Positions 56,024 through 64,000 of a stretch of DNA of 64,000 nt are shown piece after piece (the first letter of the stretch is position 1; every line of letters starts with the position of its first letter). The stretch lies in the NCBI GenBank assembly GCA_963733675.1, contig CAVTET010000005.1, positions 32,001-96,000 on the forward strand, in the 5' to 3' direction. Source of the DNA: an uncultured Methanosarcinaceae archaeon (lineage in GTDB: Archaea > Halobacteriota > Methanosarcinia > Methanosarcinales > Methanosarcinaceae). The notes beneath the pieces are model-generated. The model was not told where the DNA came from. It did not search any database and saw nothing but the letters and a program-made list of their open reading frames with translations. Position numbers and translations under genes: made by a program.

Positions 56024-56807
56024 GTAGGGAGGTTTTCTCTATTGAATTTATCCTAAATCCCTTTATTAATCAGCTCATTTTTATTATTTTTGTAAAGTTG
56101 TTATTTTTAGGAAGTATACCGATTTAATCGGAAAGATTTTTCTTCCTTATTTATTTTCTCAATTTTTTTATTAGATCTTCAATATTTCATAACCACCTAA
56201 AGATGAAAAACGCCGATATAGGAAATATGGAAACAACATTACTGTTCTTTCAATGCGTTTCAGTGATTAATTTGCATTATAAAATTAAGAAAAATAAACT
56301 CACTTGACGATAAATGCACTTTTCTAAGTTTATTAAGTGTTCAGTTTTTACGGTGTAGACTATAAGAAGAAAATTGGAGAAACAAAAATTGTGAGTGAAA
56401 ATTACCAAAATAGCCTGCACTTAAACATAAATAAATTCTGACACATGTAAAAATGAATTTAATTTGACAACTCCAACTTGTTTATATATCTTGCAGTTTC
56501 GAGATCTACAAATCTCGAAGTAAAGTAAAGTTGATTAAGGCTAAAATTAATTTTTTAAATAGTATTATATATAATTACACACTTTTATGATTTAATTTCA
56601 CAATCTTTTACTGAAATATAATTATTGCATCCGAAGCTCTGTACATATACACAAATGTAGAATCTATTTGCCCACTATTTATTCATTGAAAGTTAGATTC
56701 ATTTTTAATCTACTGTCATTGAGAAAATAGATGACATTCTTGTGTACATCTTAGGAAAGTGGATTGCATGAAATTTCACTCATAAAAGGCAGTTTGAGGT
56801 ACTAAAG

Positions 56808-58094
56808 ATGACAATTGTAGAAGATGCTCAAAAAGGAATAATTACAGAAGAGATGAAGATCGTTGCAAAGGATGAAGGACTTGACCCTGAATTTATCCTC
56901 CGTGGTGTTGCAGCTGGAAGAATCGTCATTCCAACCTCTCCCTACAGAAAAGTAAAAATTTGCGGAATTGGAGAAGGACTCCGAACCAAAGTCAATGCAT
57001 CCATTGGTGTATCCTCAGACATCGTTGATGTAGATATGGAAGTCAATAAAGCAAAAGCTGCGGAAGCCGCTGGAGCAGACACCCTTATGGAACTAGGAAC
57101 TGGCGGAGATTTCCTAGCAATCAGAAAAAAGGTAATTGACAGTATCTCCCTTTCTGTAGGTTCTGTACCCCTATACCAGGCTTTCATTGAGGCCGCAAGG
57201 AAGTATGGTTCAATAGTACATATGACTGAAGAAGAACTCTTCAAGGCAACTGAAGATCAGGCAAAGCTCGGGACCAACTTCATGGCAATCCATACAGGGA
57301 TTAACAATATCACTATGGAGCGACTCAAAGCTCACGGGAGGTATGGTGGGCTCTGTTCTCGTGGCGGAGCATTCATGACTTCCTGGATGCTCCACAACGA
57401 AAAGGAAAATCCCCTATATGCTAACTTTGATTATCTGATTGAGATTCTCAAGGAACACGAAGTTGTACTCTCCACAGGAAATGGGATGAGAGCAGGAGCA
57501 GTACACGATGCAACCGATAGGGCACAGATCCAAGAACTGATTATCAACGCCGAACTAGCAGATAAGGCCCACCAGAGGGGGCTGCAGGTCATTGTCGAAG
57601 GCCCAGGGCACGTTCCACTCGATCAGATTGCAACAAATGTAAAACTCATGAAGGAAATGAGCGGACACAAACCCTTCTACATGCTCGGTCCACTTGTAAC
57701 CGACATCGCACCCGGCTACGACCACATAGTGACAGCAATCGGTGCATCAGTAGCTGCATCATATGGATGTGACTTCCTATGTTATGTGACTCCTGCAGAG
57801 CACCTTGCCCTTCCAAACATCGAAGACGTCATCATGGGAGTCAAAACAGCCAAGATTGCAGCTCATGTAGGGGACATGGTAAAGTACCCAGACAGAGAAA
57901 GAAAACAGGACCTTTCGATGGGTAGAGCCAGAAGAGAACTCGATTGGGAAAAGATGTACTCCCTTTCAATCGACCCGCAGTACGCAAGAAAAATCAGGGC
58001 CAGCAGAGCACCTGAAGACACAGACGCTTGTACCATGTGTGGTAACTATTGCGCCCTGAAGATAGTTAACCAAAATTATAACCTCGCAAAATAA
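56808..58094 (+). CDS. thiC: Phosphomethylpyrimidine synthase
   Basis: KVNASIG.S, SRGG, ENPLY, EGPGHVP, LGPLVTDIAPGYDH, CYVTPAEHL, CTMCGNYC. Confidence 0.95.
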   Translation: MTIVEDAQKGIITEEMKIVAKDEGLDPEFILRGVAAGRIVIPTSPYRKVKICGIGEGLRTKVNASIGVSSDIVDVDMEVNKAKAAEAAGADTLMELGTGGDFLAIRKKVIDSISLSVGSVPLYQAFIEAARKYGSIVHMTEEELFKATEDQAKLGTNFMAIHTGINNITMERLKAHGRYGGLCSRGGAFMTSWMLHNEKENPLYANFDYLIEILKEHEVVLSTGNGMRAGAVHDATDRAQIQELIINAELADKAHQRGLQVIVEGPGHVPLDQIATNVKLMKEMSGHKPFYMLGPLVTDIAPGYDHIVTAIGASVAASYGCDFLCYVTPAEHLALPNIEDVIMGVKTAKIAAHVGDMVKYPDRERKQDLSMGRARRELDWEKMYSLSIDPQYARKIRASRAPEDTDACTMCGNYCALKIVNQNYNLAK

Positions 58095-58254
58095 GCATGT
58101 ATTAGTAAATTAACAATAAGTATTTAGTGCTTTATTATCTGATCCTCTTAAAAAAGAGGGTCTTAAATTAGCTCTTAAAATCCGTAATCTAATTTGACAA
58201 TTGTTGCTTTAAAAATATTCCCCAAATTAATTTTTTTGAACTTTATTTTACAAA

Positions 58255-58525
58255 TCAGCAAGCATCAATAGTTGATATTCAATAAAGTTCAGGAATGAGT
58301 ATAGTTTCCTACTTCCTTTCTTTACTCTCCTGACTTCAAATTTTACTGTATCCTTGAGATGGTTATGTATTTTCCGCACTCCATATTTTTTTAGATAGTT
58401 CTTTGAATGAATCATATCTAATATTTCGGTTTCTAACTCTGAAAGACAGAGAATGGATTTGGCCTGAATGTTAAAAAAGCACAATAGAGATACGAATGCA
58501 GCTATAAATATTAAGAAAATTTTGA
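58255..58525 (+). mobile_element. tnpB remnant (zinc-ribbon/RuvC-III region)
   Basis: LTLKDREWI.PEC..KHNRDTNAAINIKK; interrupted by the following IS5 remnant. Confidence 0.6.
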
Positions 58526-59520
58526 TAAATTCCTATACATTTGAGTATTGCTAGTTAAAATCCCTTAACAATGATTTTTACTCATTAAAATTTATACTGA
58601 TTTTGCTCTTAAAGAAATAACTAAGCTTCTTCAATCAATAAGAGACAAACTTATTGAAATTAATTCCTTAATTGATTGGAAAATTTTTCGTATCATTTTT
58701 GAGTCCATATGTTTTAACAAAAAATTTCTGGAGCCATATCTGAAGCTGACGTAATCATTACGTTAAAAATGCTTTTTAACAGCAATATCATAATTTCCCC
58801 TACTTTGAAATTGATAAATTATGTATTGATCGAATTTCTTTCAGAAAATTCCTTGGTTTTTCTTAGTAAATTTTAGATAATACCAACTTCTGATCATTCA
58901 AAAAAATTAGAACTACAAAGAAAATATAATATTGGGACATTTGCAAAGCCAACTTGATTACCTGGGTTTTGAAAATCAAAAAGGGATGATTCAGGATATA
59001 ATTTTATCCATTCAGATCCTGGACATGCAAAAGCGGATAATCCTCGAGAAAATAAGCAATAATTAGGAAAAGCATCACATAATTTGGTAAAAAAGGGTGA
59101 TAAGTTACAATTAGGATATAAACTTTATAGTATAATAGACAGAGATTATTAGCTGATCAGAAGAGTCAAACCAATAACTTCATTACTTCATGATTCTCGG
59201 ATAAATTTATCAGAAAAAAATGAAATGGTTTACAGAGATAGAGAATATTTGAAGCAAAATCAAAAGGTTATGATACAACAATGAAAAGAGCAGTAAAAGA
59301 ACATCTACTGGGAATGGATTGTATATTAAGAAACAATAGAATTTGTTTAAAAAGAGTTACTTGAACGATTTTATGCATTACTAAAAAATTCAAACCAGGA
59401 AAATTGCTCCCCATTATTTTTTTAAAAAGTAAATCGAATGATATTGTGGACAGTTTTATGTTATAATCTCTACCCTTTGATGAAACTGAAAATAAAATAA
59501 GTATTTTGAGGATATCAGAA
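58520..59520 (+). mobile_element. IS5-family transposase pseudogene, nearly full length
   Basis: Colinear with 42670-43490: DFALKE, LIDW, CIDRISFRKFLG, SDPGHAK, GYKL, LHDS, YRDR. Confidence 0.8.
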
Positions 59521-60051
59521 GCTATTTTTAAAATCAAAGAATAGTAGATCAGAGAAGGAAAAATATGGACAGATACAGAAACTAGCAAGAAAGATTTGGA
59601 TAGGATTATTTGAGGTAAAAAATAAGAGGTAAACTGTTACCCTCCATCTACTTAAGGTTAGGTGATCAAAAATAATATCCTTTTGAGATATTTTTAATTT
59701 TGTATCTTTAACCTTATACCGTTGCTTGCAGATCCAAAATTACTGGTAGAAGAGATTTTAGCATAAATAAAGTATTGTGAACTTTTTGATAGCTATAATT
59801 TGGTTTATCAGGATAAGTTATTATATAGCGCTGCTACATAATTCAGAAGATACAGGAAGTAAACAAACTGTGTCTATGCCAGGAGTGAGGTCACCTTTTG
59901 TAGTAATAATCAACCACTACGTTACCTCCAAGACCTTTTTTGATATTCTTCTGATTTGTATTAATGGTTTCGAAACTGACGGGATTTGGAAGTATTATAC
60001 ATGTGAGAGATGATTAGAAATAAATAAAAATATCGAAATTGAGGTGATTTT

Positions 60052-60429
60052 GTGTATAATAAAAGAGTCATGGACCATTTCATGAACCCAAGAAATGTAG
60101 GGGAAATTGAAAATGCTGAAGGCATTGGAGAAGCTGGGAATCCACACGGAGATCACATGAAAATTTTTCTAAAAATTCGAAATAACCGAATTGAGGACGT
60201 AAAGTTCAAGACATTTGGTTGTGCAGCGGCAATTGCATCCAGCAGCATGGCAACAGAACTGATAAAAGGTAAGACCCTTAAAGAGGCTTATGAGCTCACA
60301 AATGAGGATGTTGCTGAGGCTCTTGAGGGCTTGCCTCCCGGAAAACTTGAATGCTCAGTAGTTTCCAGGGAAGCTATACATAGTGCAATCAGTGATTATC
60401 GCAAAAAACAAAGACTTGAAACGCTTTAA
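60052..60429 (+). CDS. iscU: IscU/NifU-type Fe-S scaffold variant
   Basis: Y..VMDHF.NPRNVG, FKTFGCAAAIASSSM, LEGLPP.K.ECS; GAGGTGA RBS. Confidence 0.85.
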   Translation: MYNKRVMDHFMNPRNVGEIENAEGIGEAGNPHGDHMKIFLKIRNNRIEDVKFKTFGCAAAIASSSMATELIKGKTLKEAYELTNEDVAEALEGLPPGKLECSVVSREAIHSAISDYRKKQRLETL

Positions 60430-60954
60430 GAGAGACCTTTAGGTAAAAGATGAGAATACCCCTCAGCTATACAGGCTTACTAAAAAAGATTACGATTTAT
60501 CTAGTAATTTTTATCTTCGCAGGGATCCGGCCCATATCTTTCTCGCTAATTTCTGTACTTGCCCCGATTTTTCCTTTTCTGATCATTATTCTTTGCTTGA
60601 TCCCTACAGATGCTACAAACTGCAGTAACGAATAAAAGAATGTTAACATAAATGTCCTGTAGGTGCACTGATATTTTGATCTATAGGCCAGTAAATACTG
60701 GTTAGTATATAAGTTTCGATAGATATTATGTACTTAGACAATTAATACACAAATATTACTATTCATGAACATATATATTAATAAATAATCTAGGTCTGTA
60801 CTGTATAAATATATGTGTATTTCAAAACTTAGGTGGGTTTCCTAATTGGTTAATGGTCTTTAAATATTGTATTAACACTGGGAAGCGGATTAAAATATCA
60901 ATAATTGTAAGTTATGAATATTTTAACTACATACAGTTTTGGAGTGGGTTTTTA

Positions 60955-61341
60955 ATGAGAAAACTAATTTTTGACAGAACAAAAAAGATGCTGAGTATTT
61001 TATTTATAGTCTTTTTTATAGCATCCGTGATGACTACAGTTAGCACAGCTAATTGCTGGAATGGGATAGGAAGCTTTAATACTGGTAGTTCTAACGGAAA
61101 CCGTAATGGAAATGGAAATCATGGTTCTTTTAATAGGAACAATGACGGAAATAATAATTTTGGTTCTGGAAACGGAAATAATAATGGAAACAGCAACGGT
61201 AACGTGAAAGTTTGTCGTCAAACATGTGGATATGAATGTCCAACATGTGGATATAGTGATCAAATATGTGGATGTGGATTCCCAACATGTGGATTTGGAG
61301 ATCAAACATGTGGGTGTGGAGTCAAAACATATGGATGTTGA
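60955..61341 (+). CDS. Secreted Gly/Asn-rich protein with C-terminal Cys heptad repeats
   Basis: Signal peptide, GSxNGNxNG repeats, 21-bp repeats encoding TCGYECP/TCGYSDQ/ICGCGFP/TCGFGDQ/TCGCGVK. Confidence 0.65.
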   Translation: MRKLIFDRTKKMLSILFIVFFIASVMTTVSTANCWNGIGSFNTGSSNGNRNGNGNHGSFNRNNDGNNNFGSGNGNNNGNSNGNVKVCRQTCGYECPTCGYSDQICGCGFPTCGFGDQTCGCGVKTYGC

Positions 61342-61793
61342 TTAACAAATAAATAATAAATAAATGTCAAATGTGTAAAATAGCCTTAGTTTCAGGAACT
61401 ATGATTTTAATACTGGTAAATATCATCTGCTAGAGCCCGAATTATCCATCTCCTGCAGACTTTACAAAACAGGATTTATTTGTTTCACTAATGCATATGT
61501 TTTATAGCAAAAACTATGCATTTATGATTGATCTTTTCATATTTATATGGTTATAACAAAATTCAATCCAGCTTTCCAAAAAAGGTAGGGGAAAAGATAA
61601 ACATCTGTTATAATTCATGAGATTAGGATTCTAGGATTCCTATACTAATTAGTTAAAGCTATTACTATATAGTGTATGTTTGAAAACTATATAATTAACA
61701 ACATATGTTTAGAATAATGTGAATAATGTTTGTATAATTTCTAGTTACCACAGGAAAAATAAAATTTTGTGGAAAATGAAAGGAGTTATGATA

Positions 61794-61975
61794 TGCAGGA
61801 AATTATGAAAGTTAACATAAATGAGGCTACTTTACAAAAGTTGACCTTAACCGGAGAAACTTCAAAAGAGTTAATATTATAGGAGTTGACTTTATAAAAG
61901 CCAACTTATAAAAAATCCTGCTTTGAAAGAATTAATCCTAAGGAGCTGAATTTAGAGAAGCTTACTCTTTAGCAT
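61794..61975 (+). pseudogene. Pentapeptide-repeat protein remnant
   Basis: RBS AGGAG; mixed frames give VNINE/ATLQK/VDLNR/VNIIG/VDFIK/ANL..AEFRE/AY. Confidence 0.4.
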
Positions 61976-62521
61976 TTGAACAGCTTTCTAAAATGAAGAA
62001 AGGATCCCTTTCCTTTATCACGAAAATTTAGTTCTGTATCAACTAAATAATACTAAAATTAAGCATATAATCGGAAAGCTAACAATATTTATAACCATGG
62101 TTGCCATCTTTAAATTATAGTATTTAGTGATAATTTGTGGTATTATTCTGAAATAATTATAGGATATAATTAATATTTAATTAGTATTATTGCTAAAAAT
62201 ATTTTATGTAGAAATAAACTATGATTAATTTTAAATTATTGTTCAATTTAAAAATATTTTATAGGGTATAAAATTTAATGTTAAGTTTGTGAAAATCTGC
62301 TGACATAATAAAAACACAAATAATATTAATTTATATTTTGCTTTAAAACATTTTATGGGAAAGTAACTTTTATGTAAAAATTATTTTTGTATAATTAATT
62401 TAAAATAACCAACAACTAAGTAATTTTTGTGGTTCATTAAAATTTGTTGGTATACTAGAATCGATATCGATTAAATACAAAAATTGGTCTTTATGTCCAC
62501 TTTTCATAATCATAAAGAAGC

Positions 62522-63858
62522 ATGACCAAATCACTGCAATCCACATCGTCCCAAACACGGCAATACCAGGAAAACAGAGCTATAAGGCTCCTAAAATCTT
62601 TCAAAGGATTGCTTAAGATTCTTGGTCCCGGTTTCATTACAGACGCATCAGATGACGATCCATCTGGTATCTCAACCTATGCGCAAACGGGAGCAATTTT
62701 TGGATATAGTCAACTTTGGCTTGTTTGGTTCACATGTCCGTTCATGATTGTCATCCAACAGATGTGTGGTCGGATTGGGGTGGTGACGGGGAAAGGTCTA
62801 GCTGGCGTCATCCTCGAACATTACTCAAAGCGAGTGCTATACATAACGATTTAGCTGCTCGTGATCGCGAACACAATCAACATCGGCGCAGATCTCGGAG
62901 CGATGGCTGCATCGGCACAGATGCTGCTGGAGTTGCCGTTTCTTTTTTGGTTGGTACTCATTACAGGGTCTGTAATCGCCCTTGAGATATTTGTTCCTTA
63001 TATGACCTACTCGAGGATCCTTAAGTATCTAGCATTGACCCTCTTTGCGTACGTTCTGACAGCCTTCGTCATCAAGCTTGACTGGGGACCATTTTTCACG
63101 TCACGCTGATTCCACATCTTGAGTTTTCGGCAGACTACCTGCTAAATATAGTTGCGGTCCTGGGCACAACGATTTCTCCGTATATGTTCTTTTGGCAGGC
63201 ATCGGAGGAAGTCGAGGAGGAGATATTGAAGGGAAAAATTTCAGATATTGGTATCGGGAAATAATGTGTGACGCGAAGGGGTATAACCGAGATGGACGGT
63301 GACACATGCATTGGAATGTTCTTCTCCCAGATCATTATGTTCTTTATCATTGTCACTACCACAGCCACCCTGCACACCAGCAGGATCACTACAATCCAAA
63401 CCGCAACACAGGCAACAGAGGCGCTGCGGCCTCTAGCTGGCGACTTCGCTTACTTGCTCTTCGCAGCCGGAATCATAGGTACTGGGTTTCTAGCAGTTCC
63501 GGTGATGGTCGGAGCATCGGCTTATGCCATTTCAGAAACTCTCGGGCTGAATCAGGGACTCGGCAAGAAGCCTGGCTGGGCCCCGGGGTTCTACGCAGTG
63601 ATTACGATATCTACGTTTATCGGCATGTTCCTGGACTGGTTCGGAATTAACCCAATCATGGCCCTCTACTATACGGCCGTGTTGAACGGCCTAGTCGCTC
63701 CACCACTTATGGCACTGGTCGTAATGATTGCAAGCAGGAAGGACATCATGGGTCGATTCATTAACTCGAAAGCTAGTAGTGTCTTAGGATGGATAATCGT
63801 GTTGATCATGGCTCTGGTAGGGGTGGTGCTAATCTTCAACTCGGCAAAGGGACAGTGA
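62522..63858 (+). pseudogene. NRAMP-family divalent metal transporter
   Basis: LGPGFIT.ASDDDPSGISTY.Q.G, NTINIGADL, LGTTISPYMFFWQ, IIGTGFLAVP, LNGLVAPP; in-frame TAG (62852), frameshift (~63095) and TAA (63262). Confidence 0.88.
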
Positions 63859-64000
63859 CTTTTCGTTGAATATCCCAAATATTTTTCGTGGGGGTGATTT
63901 TGGCCGACAAATGCTATTTTAGATGCAATGAATCTGAATATTTTTGGATTCGGATGGTTAATAAATTTTGTTCCAGCATGACAAATCCTTTAGCGTACAG

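Noticed and set aside
56500-56807. TPP riboswitch upstream of thiC
   Set aside because: No conserved GCTGAGA/CCTGA core is seen; the region contains an IS1634-type end instead.
62852-62854. In-frame TAG in the NRAMP gene as possible pyrrolysine read-through
   Set aside because: The same gene has a frameshift and a TAA downstream; the other internal stops examined (arsA, DCCP-like, CGGC, SRAP) are TAA or TGA, so decay is the simpler explanation.

Overview
Archaeal chromosomal window, most consistent with a Methanosarcina (Methanosarcinales). Intact core genes are a Ski2-like helicase, pheS, trpS, an Lsm gene, a C34/TFE-beta-like gene, tRNA-Ser-rps13-rps4-rps11-rpo3, hisF, thiC and tRNA-Glu/Ser/Leu. 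They are interleaved with heavily decayed accessory DNA. 0-12 kb is a broken arsenic/redox island (arsC, arsR, acr3, arsD, arsA, DUF2703, CGGC, CMD, FTR, and a double-cubane-type reductase plus ATP-dependent activator) riddled with IS6, IS200 and IS1634 remnants. The most notable feature is a ~13.7 kb decaying integrative element (about 23.3-37.0 kb). It carries a tyrosine recombinase, operator-like palindromes, a coupled operon ending in a family-A DNA polymerase (rare in archaea), an iteron-like repeat cluster and a winged-helix protein. It also has three terminase-small-subunit-like genes, a perfect 688-bp inverted repeat and a DinB/SRAP cargo. No capsid, large terminase, primase or helicase is visible, so it resembles a PolA-based, PICI-like virus satellite of a methanogen (inference). 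Other oddities are decayed tandem tRNA duplicates, TnpB 3'-end/omega-RNA-type relics, several MITE families, an aegerolysin-like protein and small secreted repeat proteins. All family calls come from motif recognition by eye; no searches were run.
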